Below are positions 19,601-28,780 of a stretch of DNA of 64,000 nucleotides, one piece after another. The notes beneath the pieces are model-generated. The model was not told the DNA's origin. It did no database searches and worked only from the letters and a program-made list of their open reading frames with translations. How positions within the stretch are numbered: position 1 is the stretch's first letter; every line of letters starts with the position of its first letter. Source of the stretch: an uncultured Gammaproteobacteria bacterium (GTDB taxonomy: Bacteria; Patescibacteriota; Microgenomatia; Levybacterales; UBA12049); the NCBI GenBank assembly GCA_964637955.1, contig CAZWXQ010000003.1:31154-95153 (forward strand), in the 5' to 3' direction. The position numbers and the translations under genes are program-made.

Positions 19601-21909
19601 CGAGCATGTTCTAATACAAATTTTACATACGGATGATTTAGACTCATTCCCATTTCTTCAGGAAGCCAAATTTTTATCTCTTTTTCAATATATTCACCGT
19701 TAACTTCTTCATGAACTATGAAATCTTCGTTTTTACCGGAAAATGGATTGTCCATGTATTGTTCTTTTAATTTGGAAAATGAATCGTAAAGCGTATATTT
19801 TAATTCGGTAGTTGGTAAAGTTGAAGTTTCAGCATAAGCATATTCATAGCGCTCAGAAAATAAAGCTTTTATTACTGGTTTCCACTTATCCGGATCCTGC
19901 TGAAGAAGAATACCAAGACGATTTATTAAAGCAGTTGCTGCTTCGCTTCCAATTGGCATGTGTTCTGCATCCAGTTGACCACCTATGAGTTGGTTTGGGA
20001 TAGCCAAAAGAAAAGGAAATTGCATGATCAAGTCTCCTAAATCTTCAGGTGTCGTAATGTTTTGTATCCTATCTATTGCAGGTTTTTCAAATGCTTTTTG
20101 CTCAAGCATTCTATCGTAAGAGGCATCAAAGAAAACTCTTCTTTTCGCTTCAAGATTATCTTTAATATTATATTCTTCCCATCCATAAAAATCTTTCAAC
20201 GCGTCATATGAGCCTATAATTTTACCCTCAACGTCTTGCATTATTTTAGGAAATCCGGCTTCCATATACCTAAACTCTCCTGCTCGTTCACTTGTGATTG
20301 GATTATGTGTAGGAAGTGTCGCTAAGCGCGGATCAGAAATGCCTAAAACTATAAGTGTGTTAGCGATCGTGGTTTGATTTGTAGAGTTATATTCCTCTAG
20401 TGCCTTGTTTACTAATCCATCCCAAGGTGGTGTAATTCCTTCTGGTTCTGGTTTTCCAGCAAGACGTGCATCATGTCTTTTTTTCCATATTTCAAATACT
20501 TCGCCTTTCATATAGGTGCCATATGTAGGTAAATAAGGCATTTCTCCAAAGTCGAATAAATTAAGTAATCCGCGGTGCTCCGGATGTACACGACTTAAGG
20601 ATTCTGTAAGTTTTCTAGCTTGATCTATAACATCAGGCAGTTCCAGTCTTTCTTTTTGGGTTCCTGCCAAATCTTGAAATTCATCAAATGCTTCTTTTAT
20701 TTCTCCCAATATTCCCATACTTGGTGCTTTTATTTCTCCATGATGTTCAAAATATCCAGATTCACGAAAAATATCTGTTTTCGGAAGATTTGAAACTAAT
20801 GGCATCGGATTTATAGGTATATCTGAGGTAAATATTTTATCGAATAGTGGAATGGCGTCTTTTGGAGAATATTGAATCTCTTTGTGCTTTGTATCAAAAC
20901 AGGATTGTAGAATATCATTTATTTTTCTTGCTCTTTTAAGTCGTGCTAATTGTCCAAGTTTTGTTCCACTGGTATCTATCCATTTATCCAGATTTTTTGA
21001 AATAAATTTAATTTTTCTTTTGGTTACGGTAGAGGTTTCTATTCCACCTTCAACATAAGGATGAGTTTCTAGGCCTGCTTTTTGAAAATCATTCTCAATA
21101 ACGTCAACATGTTGGAAATCTTCCACTATTGAAGCAATTTCCGAAGGAATTTGTGTGGGTTCTGCAGAAGGAATACTTTGAAAATCTTTTTGCTTACGGC
21201 GTAAATGCTGTGCGAGAATGCCTTCCGAATCCATGATAATTCGTTTTGAAAGTGAGGGACCTGGGTGAACATCAAAAAACTTGAAAAGTTCCCCAAATCT
21301 ATTAGGATCAGATATCAGATCGAATGCCTCTCTCAAGCCCGAATGCTGATAATCTGAGTAGTAAAGAAGAAATGTTGGTAGGCCATATGCTATGGCTTCT
21401 TCCATTTTTGTATTTTCATCAGAATCGAGTATATGGTGTGTAAGTTCATGTGCCATAACTCCTGCGATTAGATCTTCTCTCCCATCTTTTATAAATCTTT
21501 GAAGTAATTCTTTTGTAAAAAACATAGTAGGTGGATTTGATTCTCCTACAATTGAAGCATTAACGTTCCCGCGTTCGTCTGTGATATAGAAATTAAACTG
21601 TGGAATATCCTGGCCTCGGAGTAAATATTTTTTCGCGAAATCAGAGCTAAGTAGTCTGGTAGCGACTCCTTGCATATAAGCGGTAAATACTTGTTGTTGT
21701 GGACTCTCGACATTAAATCTATCAACACCTGTTGGGGTAGCTATTTGAAAAGCTTCTACGGCATTTGTGGAAATAATTCCTTGTCTAAGTTCGCCCAAGA
21801 ACTGCGTATTTGCTTCATCGCGACTGAGGAATGAAGAAAATTGTCCTTTAGCTTCCGAGTTAACAAGAGCTATATTATCTATTCTTAGATTACTTACTAA
21901 TTCTGTCAT
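16651..21909 (-). CDS. 1752-aa protein: N-terminal M48-like zinc peptidase, C-terminal UbiB/ABC1-like atypical kinase domain
   Basis: VNAS...AGVMAHELTH...E...HP near the N-terminus; GPAGVKLAQ, LGAGAYQ, VAVT, ETDY, HDRHGDN, YDFG near the C-terminus. Confidence 0.75.
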   Translation of the reverse strand: MTELVSNLRIDNIALVNSEAKGQFSSFLSRDEANTQFLGELRQGIISTNAVEAFQIATPTGVDRFNVESPQQQVFTAYMQGVATRLLSSDFAKKYLLRGQDIPQFNFYITDERGNVNASIVGESNPPTMFFTKELLQRFIKDGREDLIAGVMAHELTHHILDSDENTKMEEAIAYGLPTFLLYYSDYQHSGLREAFDLISDPNRFGELFKFFDVHPGPSLSKRIIMDSEGILAQHLRRKQKDFQSIPSAEPTQIPSEIASIVEDFQHVDVIENDFQKAGLETHPYVEGGIETSTVTKRKIKFISKNLDKWIDTSGTKLGQLARLKRARKINDILQSCFDTKHKEIQYSPKDAIPLFDKIFTSDIPINPMPLVSNLPKTDIFRESGYFEHHGEIKAPSMGILGEIKEAFDEFQDLAGTQKERLELPDVIDQARKLTESLSRVHPEHRGLLNLFDFGEMPYLPTYGTYMKGEVFEIWKKRHDARLAGKPEPEGITPPWDGLVNKALEEYNSTNQTTIANTLIVLGISDPRLATLPTHNPITSERAGEFRYMEAGFPKIMQDVEGKIIGSYDALKDFYGWEEYNIKDNLEAKRRVFFDASYDRMLEQKAFEKPAIDRIQNITTPEDLGDLIMQFPFLLAIPNQLIGGQLDAEHMPIGSEAATALINRLGILLQQDPDKWKPVIKALFSERYEYAYAETSTLPTTELKYTLYDSFSKLKEQYMDNPFSGKNEDFIVHEEVNGEYIEKEIKIWLPEEMGMSLNHPYVKFVLEHARGFSSDEDNILFEKEEALSLLDRAVVLEIRKPNGEDIIPPIALDPQIYFKFIGADGFSKSEDELTQRLIALRKLHPTIIREYDYKKTPGPEEWASRFLLLHARNEVFQFLENNSSSLSPEAFEECLKTVQSKVGKGTFETGDSFKAEITELLEQQFLRNVEIDLTSQNLEPLQIAKSYAIYEKHGFFQRHPSKRWDNGYDSLIIGQLKALQGDHVDSKLLRNFTETILYDCSVQSPELRKALVRGWGESIRREHGIDTTKAFSEMALHPELESYYTNITSIVDEVIEKTNQSGLLHEAMLQELAEALETQSALTHHIFEHSQQVGKTRLLKGSEGAKGPLAEFGLDFVVQDEGTRLKTIDLLTGKLTEQEMDDYIDLIDKRLEKARLDMERYGHSFDSPGWITAFMENPLDNVAAYATKDINFKDPQKRAEMKGRLRSAYDNFWNSSLESRAYYMNLLAFPTNVVRRSNRDEGEYEQLVDFVINKTLPFNEHEDLNSTFNRYTTFGRDLVMSYIKDSSEAEQRLLLSGLMVSAHTLGEVEERDETIIGKAIALTLKNMGPAGVKLAQAIHSYPDTPEPIRNGMEGVKGEANWPTRLQVFDSMEASIPPINGADNITLDGIAHVGKTLGAGAYQFTVRAKLTHPLNELDEVAVTLLRNHVYTFAQNEFKHIQDSLDTFIKRREAAGDTFNSTTIQAMNHVLDQASASSKLETDYDTGKKQAEFMHAQYDGLTVRTGEHTIAFQTVDWIDHGIVRKQTSHGDEVQAYKVASIAKGTPFNKFSQTATPEELKALGIALQATEDMMTLSGKHFDHDRHGDNFNILRVEEDLQIGDNTLRKGDFLVTHYDFGAVNLESPTSEEKAELGRILAITLQAALEGDEKDIKTVLIKNMTDSLGQDHHESNYLSAVLRGLLARGDFIRYLTKEDIQLAEMALFESGTVDQEILNSLMQTMMNQENLDLSSMMNFLSSEPSQVRIHSLPTKMQK

Positions 21910-22005
21910 GTTATATTTTGATTAACTTTCAAACAGTCATAATTAATAAGAATAATTTCGAGCATATATTTATTATACTTAAATTAAATATCTTATAAAC
22001 ACCTC

Positions 22006-22054
22006 TTGACAAAAATAAAATTAGCAGTACACTTAGTGTATTAAATACATTAAG
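22006..22054 (+). promoter_or_regulatory. Sigma70-type promoter overlapped by an NrtR-type palindromic operator
   Basis: TTGACA (22006) -16- TACACT (22028); palindrome CTTAGTGTATTAAATACATTAAG (22032-22054) with GT-N7-AC core, upstream of nicotinamidase. Confidence 0.72.
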
Positions 22055-22111
22055 GCAAATATTGCTAATTTAAAATTAGGTTTTCAAATTAAAAAAAAGG
22101 AGGTGAAAAAT

Positions 22112-22696
22112 ATGAATGAAATAAAAACAGCAGTAATAGGTGTTGATCCTCAGATTGATTTTTGTCCGGGCGGGACTCTTCCTGTAAAAGACGGAGATAA
22201 GGTTATGGAGCCTTTGAATCAAATGTTTGAATATGCAGCAAGAAACGGCTGGAAAACAGCTCTTTCTCGGGATTGGCATCCACTGACAACTGTGCATTTT
22301 GATAATTGGCCGATTCACTGTGTTGAAAATACACCGGGCGCTATGTTTCATCCGGATTTAAAAACAGATGGAATTAATGTTTTCTCCAAAGGAATGGCAA
22401 ACAGTGATGATGGATATTCTCCTTTTGAGGGAAGAGATTCAAATAATTCTACTTTAGATGAGTTTCTGGAAGGAGTAAAAAGACTATATATTGGTGGTTT
22501 GGCCACAGATTATTGTGTAAGGGCAGCAGTTTTAGATGCGATCAAAAGAGAATATGAAGTTTATTTGATTTTAGATGCTGTTCGTGCAGTAGATGTTAAT
22601 CCTGGAGATGGGGATAGAGCAATAGCAGAAATGATAGGAAAAGGAGCAAAGGTTACTACAGCTCATGAAGTTGTTTTATTTGGAGAGGGAGCATGA
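22112..22696 (+). CDS. pncA: Nicotinamidase/pyrazinamidase
   Basis: VDPQIDFCPGGTL, RDWHP, WPIHCV, SKG, GGLATDYCV; SD AGGAGGTG at 22098-22105. Confidence 0.94.
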   Translation: MNEIKTAVIGVDPQIDFCPGGTLPVKDGDKVMEPLNQMFEYAARNGWKTALSRDWHPLTTVHFDNWPIHCVENTPGAMFHPDLKTDGINVFSKGMANSDDGYSPFEGRDSNNSTLDEFLEGVKRLYIGGLATDYCVRAAVLDAIKREYEVYLILDAVRAVDVNPGDGDRAIAEMIGKGAKVTTAHEVVLFGEGA

Positions 22697-23361
22697 ATCC
22701 CTTCTTCAAATAAATATTTTTCTTACTTTTATATGAAACAAAAAAATTATTTGTTTATATTAATGAAATATGACAAAAAATGCGTCAAAACTTTGTCGAT
22801 ATAAACATCGCACTTTAACAAATAAAGTAAAAGAAGAAGAAAATAAAATGACTACAAAAATACGTGGTTTCAGGTAGATCATCAATTCCATCTTGGATAA
22901 TGATCTATGCAAATTCATTATGGGATTGGCTGTTTTTCAGAATCCCAAATATGAATGTAGTGTATTCATTTATCAACAGGTAATCCTAAGGCATTTGCAG
23001 CTAGACTTCGTGAGCATATTGACGCTCTGCTCCTTGAAGACCAAGGATATCTATCTGAGTGAAAACTAAAATATCTATACATTGCTAGTTTTACATATTT
23101 ATTTCCTCGCCATCGAATTAAGAAAAGCTTGAATAGTAAATTAAAAAAACTATTGATAATTAATTAGTGCTCATTGCAATATAATGCCAGATATGAGTTC
23201 AAAAGAATCTGCAATCGTGCCATCAAAGTTAAATATAATTACTTTAATCACATTTAATTTTACATTAATAATTTTTAACACCTAAGAATTTCAGGATTAA
23301 AGCATTTTGAATAGAAAGTGTATTCGAAAAGTATAGAGCTCTGAGGTTTTATGATTTGATA

Positions 23362-23958
23362 TTACTTTGAGCCTGGTTTTATACGGTCAGCTTTTCTTGT
23401 GCTCCAAGAAAATGGTTTAATTTCACCAAGTGATCGCATCATTAAAAAAATTGATGCCCAAAGTGCTTCATCGGATTGAATTTCTGCTGACCATTGCTTG
23501 CCTTCTGTTTCAGAATAGTATGGAAATACGTGTCCTGTTGGGAAGCCTTCAAAATAAACATGTGAAAGTGGGTTTCCTGTATAGTCTGGATCTATTGGCG
23601 GAGTGGTATGAAATAATCCCTCGAAATCAGCTTCAATAGGGGTATCGCTTAATACTGACATTTTCCAGTCATGAAAATTATTTCGAAGAACTACCTTCAA
23701 ATCTTTATCAGGTCGTTTCAGCTGATATACAGGTAGCTCAATTGATTTGGAGCGATGAGTTGAGATTACAGTTGCAATATTTTCTCTCTGTTCGTAAGGA
23801 AGTCCGGCTCCAAAAACAGGCACAATTGTATCTCTCACAAACATGATTTGGTGATGCGCTGCTTCCCTTCCAAGCATCTCTTCACTTACGCGATGATTAT
23901 TAAACCATTCTTGTAGTGGAACTGGAACGCCGGTATGTACTGAGTCAGCTTCTAGCAT
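23362..23958 (-). CDS. Hypothetical protein
   Basis: 198-aa ORF with a TATACT box just upstream; family not assigned. Confidence 0.75.
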   Translation of the reverse strand: MLEADSVHTGVPVPLQEWFNNHRVSEEMLGREAAHHQIMFVRDTIVPVFGAGLPYEQRENIATVISTHRSKSIELPVYQLKRPDKDLKVVLRNNFHDWKMSVLSDTPIEADFEGLFHTTPPIDPDYTGNPLSHVYFEGFPTGHVFPYYSETEGKQWSAEIQSDEALWASIFLMMRSLGEIKPFSWSTRKADRIKPGSK

Positions 23959-24053
23959 GATGGGCGAAGTATAACAAAAGGCATCAGTAATATCAACAGT
24001 GTTGCTATTTAGGCATATTTAAAAATTAATTATTAGCTTTAAGGAATAGGTAA

Positions 24054-25292
24054 TTATATTAAATCGGAAGCTTTTGCGCTTCCAAAAGGAATTATCATTT
24101 CACTCGGAAGCAGGCTGCCGTGATGAGCTTTGAATTTGAGTTTTTTCTCAGTATTATATTCGTACCAACATACATGTTGGCCTTTTGAAAGAATTAGGAT
24201 ATTTCCAAGTCTTTTAAGGAATTCTTCATGAGGAGTAAAGTTTCCAAAAAGTTTAGAAATATTTTCATCATTTAGCTTAAGGACTAAATATTTGTCTTTC
24301 AGCAGGTTCTCAAGATACGAAATAACTTCAGAAATTTTATCTGGTTGAATATGGAGAAATATGTCTCTCGGGCATCCAGTGGGTAGAATTGGGTTTCCTT
24401 TTGAGTTTAATTCGTATCTTTCGGTTATATAATCATGCTTATTAAGTAAGGTCACATTTTCTAAATCAATATTTTCAAGTCCATGATCTGCGGTAAAAAA
24501 TATGCCTACTTTTTTCGCAAGTTCTGGAGATAGTTTTTTTAGAAAATCTGTTTCCAGATGAAGAGAGAAGTTTTCGATTTCATTTTTTGCCTGCTCTGAC
24601 CAAACTCCATAGATATGTTCAGCTTTATCAATATTTGGCCAATAAACATAATAATAAGATTTAGAATCTGGATCCTGAAGATTTAAAATGAGTTGGGAAA
24701 GCATATCTTCTAGGCTCCTGCAGCCAATTACTCTGGCACCTTTAGAAATTGCTGATGTATAAATGCTCTCTTTTATTTCTTCAGGCAAAAAGATCTTTGA
24801 TTTAACTCCTACTTTCGACAGTTTTTCATAAATGGTTTTCCCGCCATAAATCAAAGATGAATCTTGTGGTAGATGGGTACTAATATTTGAAAATTCTGTA
24901 TTTACTGTTTTGTAAGGTAAGGATTCAATAATTTCTTCGATCGATGGCATATATAAATACCATTCGAAAAATCCATGTTCAATTGATGAAAGTCCTGTAT
25001 GAAGAGTTGAAATTGAGGCAGCCGTTGTAGCTGGAAAACAAGAAGTAATTTTATTTATTTTTCCTCTTTCTTTAAAAGTCTTAAAGAAATGGCTATTTGC
25101 AGTTTGATCTAGTATATTTTGACCAAATCCATCAATTAAAAATAGCACTAACTTAGAAGCGTCATTTATATTTGAAGTCATTTCTTTAGGAAGTGGAGAT
25201 CTTTCTGTTTTAACACCGAAATGCTCGAGAATAGAATAGGGGACATTTAACAAACATTTGTCTTTATCTACGTAAACAAAATCTTTGTCCAT
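24054..25292 (-). CDS. Alkaline phosphatase superfamily nucleotide pyrophosphatase/phosphodiesterase
   Basis: LIDGFG, FPATTA (Thr nucleophile), DKAEH, TADHG, HHGSL. Confidence 0.88.
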   Translation of the reverse strand: MDKDFVYVDKDKCLLNVPYSILEHFGVKTERSPLPKEMTSNINDASKLVLFLIDGFGQNILDQTANSHFFKTFKERGKINKITSCFPATTAASISTLHTGLSSIEHGFFEWYLYMPSIEEIIESLPYKTVNTEFSNISTHLPQDSSLIYGGKTIYEKLSKVGVKSKIFLPEEIKESIYTSAISKGARVIGCRSLEDMLSQLILNLQDPDSKSYYYVYWPNIDKAEHIYGVWSEQAKNEIENFSLHLETDFLKKLSPELAKKVGIFFTADHGLENIDLENVTLLNKHDYITERYELNSKGNPILPTGCPRDIFLHIQPDKISEVISYLENLLKDKYLVLKLNDENISKLFGNFTPHEEFLKRLGNILILSKGQHVCWYEYNTEKKLKFKAHHGSLLPSEMIIPFGSAKASDLI

Positions 25293-25395
25293 GCTCAGAT
25301 TTTATCAGGAAATCAGATTTAAGCAATATCGAGACTAAACTTATTTATTGGTAGTTGCATCGCGATAGAGCCTATTGGGTTAAATCGATTTGAGC

Positions 25396-25729
25396 TTAAT
25401 TTGTTAAACGCTGAAGGAAATATATTATTATTCCTATTATAAGGCAAATGTTCCCAATACGGGAATGACTTTTTTTGCGAACTTTTTGGGAAGAAAAAGT
25501 TCAAAAAATGTTTTATCATCGCCATATCTTTCGTGGAGTTTTCCTAAAGGGCAATTTTTGTTGTTAAGAAATACAATAATTCCCTCTATTAAGACAGAAA
25601 TAATCGCGATGTATAAAAAATTACTTTGATTATTATTTATGACAGAGTAATAAATAAACAAAATACAAAACAAGAAATAGGTAGAGATAAAAAATGAACA
25701 ATTCTTAAGAGATAAGCAACAATGTTCAT
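25396..25729 (-). pseudogene. Small membrane protein with two apparent frameshifts
   Basis: MNIVAYLLRIVHF joins ISTYFLFCILF...NCPLG...GTFA in a second frame and IIGIIIYFLQRLTN in a third; first shift falls in a T6 run. Confidence 0.6.
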
Positions 25730-25754
25730 GTATATATTATAGCAAGTACTGTGT

Positions 25755-25785
25755 TGCCGGACCTGCATTGCATACTGCAGTTACT
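25755..25785. repeat. tRNA-Gln 3'-end-like (att-like) repeat
   Basis: tgccggacctg is identical to 30265-30275, followed by actgcagt. Confidence 0.62.
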
Positions 25786-25850
25786 TGGTGAATTTGAAGC
25801 TTTTATACTTATAGGCATTGAAGCGTAATTACATGATATAATTCTGCGAT

Positions 25851-26501
25851 ATGTCCATAAACGAAAGTGCTATAGCTCATACTGAAGCATTTTTAGGAAG
25901 ACTTAAAGAAAGATCACAGCCAACAATTTATACAATTGAAGGAGTAGATATTATTGTAAATCCTGACGTATTCCCACCAGCTACAGATTCTAGGTTATTT
26001 GCAGCAAATATACACGTTAAACCTGGCGATAGAACGCTAGATCTTACTACAGGAGCAGGTACTTTTTCCATTATTGCTGGGATTCAAGGAGCTACAGGTA
26101 TTGCTGTTGACATTAATCCAGCTGCAGTATTGAATGCTAATCAGAATTTTGAAAAATATAATTTACAGATGAAAGCAATCGAGAGTGATCTATATAGTAA
26201 TGTTCCTACTGAAAAATTTGATTACCTATTTGCAAATGGACCTTTTATTGAAGGTCAAGTAAAACATCCGCTTGATTTTGCATCTTATGGCGCTAGAGCA
26301 TTTACTGAGGGACTGTTATCAGGAGCACGGGAAAGATTAAAGCCGGATGGTAAATTATTGACTGTGCTTGCTCAGTGGTCCGACATTGATTTTTTTGAAC
26401 GACAAGTAGTTCAAAATGGAATGGTTGCGCGTGTTACGGATACAAGAAGTAGTGATGATGGCGAGAGGAAATATATATTTTACGAAGTGACAATTAAATA
26501 A
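25851..26501 (+). CDS. Class I SAM-dependent methyltransferase (HemK-related)
   Basis: VFPPATDS, LDLTTGAG, VDINP, NGPF. Confidence 0.88.
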   Translation: MSINESAIAHTEAFLGRLKERSQPTIYTIEGVDIIVNPDVFPPATDSRLFAANIHVKPGDRTLDLTTGAGTFSIIAGIQGATGIAVDINPAAVLNANQNFEKYNLQMKAIESDLYSNVPTEKFDYLFANGPFIEGQVKHPLDFASYGARAFTEGLLSGARERLKPDGKLLTVLAQWSDIDFFERQVVQNGMVARVTDTRSSDDGERKYIFYEVTIK

Positions 26502-26525
26502 TTCACTATTTTGATTTGCTTTTTC

Positions 26526-26548
26526 TGCGGGTCTGCACTGCAATTATT
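26526..26548. repeat. Degenerate att-like repeat
   Basis: tgcgggtctgcactgcaat resembles the 25755 and 27426 copies. Confidence 0.4.
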
Positions 26549-26563
26549 TATCGTAGTTAAAGC

Positions 26564-27382
26564 TTATTTTATCTCTCTTAGTATAGCCTCAATTATTTTA
26601 TTCTGATAATCAGGGAAAATTTGATCTACTATGTCAGGACTTACATCATTGACAATCCCTTTTATTATTTCGGGATTGAATTCTTGCCCAAAAAATAATC
26701 TGTGAACATCATCTCCATACCTTTCAATTAATTGACTATAAACATTAGCTGCAAGCATTTCTCGAGGATAGTATGCAAATTTTTTGTCTTTTTGAATTAA
26801 TGATAAGCTGTAATAATAAGCTCCTAATTCTTTAAAAACTAAGCTGTAATAAGGTGCCCCAGCATTGCTAAAAATAGAATCTAAATTTTCTGTCTGATAT
26901 AAATGTGTTAATTCATGCGAAAGAGTATTGATTATATTAGATTCTTCAATACCTTTTTTGGCATTTTTAAAACCTCTAAAGTTGATTGCAATATCTAATT
27001 TATTCTTAAGGCTTAATGAGTTCCACGTTTGCAAGTCGCTTGCTACCAAAACCAAATTACCATTATTAGCATAAAATGTGATCGCATTAGCAATATCGGT
27101 ATCACCGACTGTTAATGAATCATTGCTAAGCCAATTTTCGGTAAAAACTTCATGTGCAGATCGGTCCATAAATAAAAATCTTTCAGCTGCTTCATCATCT
27201 GCTAAAGTTGTAGGTATAAATTCTCCAAAATCAGAAATTAACCTTTGATTATATCTACCTATAACTGATTTTAACCTGGATGCTTCGCTTGGAGAAACAG
27301 AAGATACTTCGAGACGAAGTGTGTCAAGTTGATTAGAATCTAATGGCCCTGGGAAGTCTGGATTTTCAATCACAACGAACAA
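26564..27382 (-). CDS. Hypothetical protein with HExxH zinc-metalloprotease motif
   Basis: TLSHELTHLYQ followed by KELGAYY (candidate third ligand). Confidence 0.65.
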   Translation of the reverse strand: MFVVIENPDFPGPLDSNQLDTLRLEVSSVSPSEASRLKSVIGRYNQRLISDFGEFIPTTLADDEAAERFLFMDRSAHEVFTENWLSNDSLTVGDTDIANAITFYANNGNLVLVASDLQTWNSLSLKNKLDIAINFRGFKNAKKGIEESNIINTLSHELTHLYQTENLDSIFSNAGAPYYSLVFKELGAYYYSLSLIQKDKKFAYYPREMLAANVYSQLIERYGDDVHRLFFGQEFNPEIIKGIVNDVSPDIVDQIFPDYQNKIIEAILREIK

Positions 27383-27425
27383 TTATACAGGGTGAATTGG
27401 AGCAAATCAACTATAGGACTATTTC

Positions 27426-27467
27426 TGCCGAACCTGCGCTTCTTTGCTATATTTCGCACTGCAGTGC
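27426..27467. repeat. Degenerate att-like repeat with GCACTGCAGTGC palindrome
   Basis: tgccgaacctg (10/11 to 30265-30275); palindrome at 27456-27467. Confidence 0.55.
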
Positions 27468-27771
27468 TCAGATTCGAAAGTTGTCTTGGTATCATTTAAT
27501 TATTGCAGTAATTAAATATGATTTAATCACTCTATATTATATATTATTAAATGGAGGCTGAAATCAGCTGGATCTGGTTAATTATGTCGGAAATTATTAT
27601 CAGAAGAAGCTATTTCTTAATGAGCCTGCTTTGTGATGAATTTTCATTATTGAATGTACTATATCAAAATTATTATTGTATATTTGACATCTGTTAAATT
27701 TTCCCAATTACTTTTATTAATGTATAGTTTTTTATATCTTATATAAAATTTTTGTTATAATTAAATATCAA

Positions 27772-28245
27772 ATGAAATCCAATAAAATTAATGAAAAAAG
27801 AGTTAAATACTTCATAGTATTCTTGCTTAGCTTAACTGCCATATTGTTAATATCTATTTTAATTTTTGTATACAAGTTATCTCATGAAAGTCCTCCTGTG
27901 TTGTTTTCCTTTAATGATCCGGAAGCTAAGTATAAAATCGTAAAGATGGAAGGATGGGATAATATTTATGGAATTGAATATAAAACAACATCAAAAAATA
28001 ATATCAGCTATGATTGCCCAAATAAAATGGGAATTGATCTTGCTAGAGACTGCAAAAAAATAATAAACCAAGAATATACAGTAGCAATTGCAAGTAGTCC
28101 TGTAGATCTTTCTAGATATTTAAATAGAGAAGTAAAAGTGGATGGAAAATTCGTTTTTACGACTCAACAGTGCATTCAATCAAAATGCACTAAAAATTCA
28201 AATGGAATGATGGGTATAGATATTTTGTCAATTAATAATAAGTAG
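27772..28245 (+). CDS. Membrane-anchored hypothetical protein with four Cys
   Basis: N-terminal TM, soluble C-terminal domain. Confidence 0.75.
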   Translation: MKSNKINEKRVKYFIVFLLSLTAILLISILIFVYKLSHESPPVLFSFNDPEAKYKIVKMEGWDNIYGIEYKTTSKNNISYDCPNKMGIDLARDCKKIINQEYTVAIASSPVDLSRYLNREVKVDGKFVFTTQQCIQSKCTKNSNGMMGIDILSINNK

Positions 28246-28270
28246 AAAATTTTCTTTATTAAATACGATA

Positions 28271-28723
28271 ATGTATTATTCTAAACTTATAAAAAATCCA
28301 TTATTCTTTTCTTCTATTTGCACTTTTTGTTTATGCTTAATAATATTCCCAGGAATAATCACTTTTAGTATTTATTCTACCTTAGCTTTGAGCCTAATAT
28401 ATTTTTTTATATTTATATCGGGCATATTCATGAATTATTATATTTTTACAAAATTAAGTATTAATAAATCACCATTAAAATCAATTACTTACTATTTAAT
28501 TATTTTTATTTTAATAATAATCCTAGTGGGGTTTATTCTCAATTTTTTTCATGGCCAAAATTTAAAATACTATATTTATATTGGAGATTATCTGCGAGAC
28601 AGTTATGGAATAAATTGGTATTTTAAAGATTACACCGGCTGGATATTTTCTCAAATAATTTTGACCTCGCAAATAATAGTTTTTATATTATTTTGGATTA
28701 AATCAATGTTAGCTGAAAATTAA
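28271..28723 (+). CDS. Hypothetical polytopic membrane protein
   Basis: Very hydrophobic, very AT-rich 150-aa ORF within a co-oriented run. Confidence 0.65.
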   Translation: MYYSKLIKNPLFFSSICTFCLCLIIFPGIITFSIYSTLALSLIYFFIFISGIFMNYYIFTKLSINKSPLKSITYYLIIFILIIILVGFILNFFHGQNLKYYIYIGDYLRDSYGINWYFKDYTGWIFSQIILTSQIIVFILFWIKSMLAEN

Positions 28724-28780
28724 ATTATATTTTAAAATTAACTTTTTGACTTTAGCTATAATTCATGTAATCATTTAAAT

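Noticed and set aside
22848-23068. Possible TAG read-through ORF or gene remnant after pncA
   Set aside because: Fragments in different frames with no recognisable family; not enough evidence to call.
27343-27561. 72-aa + strand ORF
   Set aside because: It overlaps the start of the opposite gene and the att-like repeat, and has no motif or start signal.
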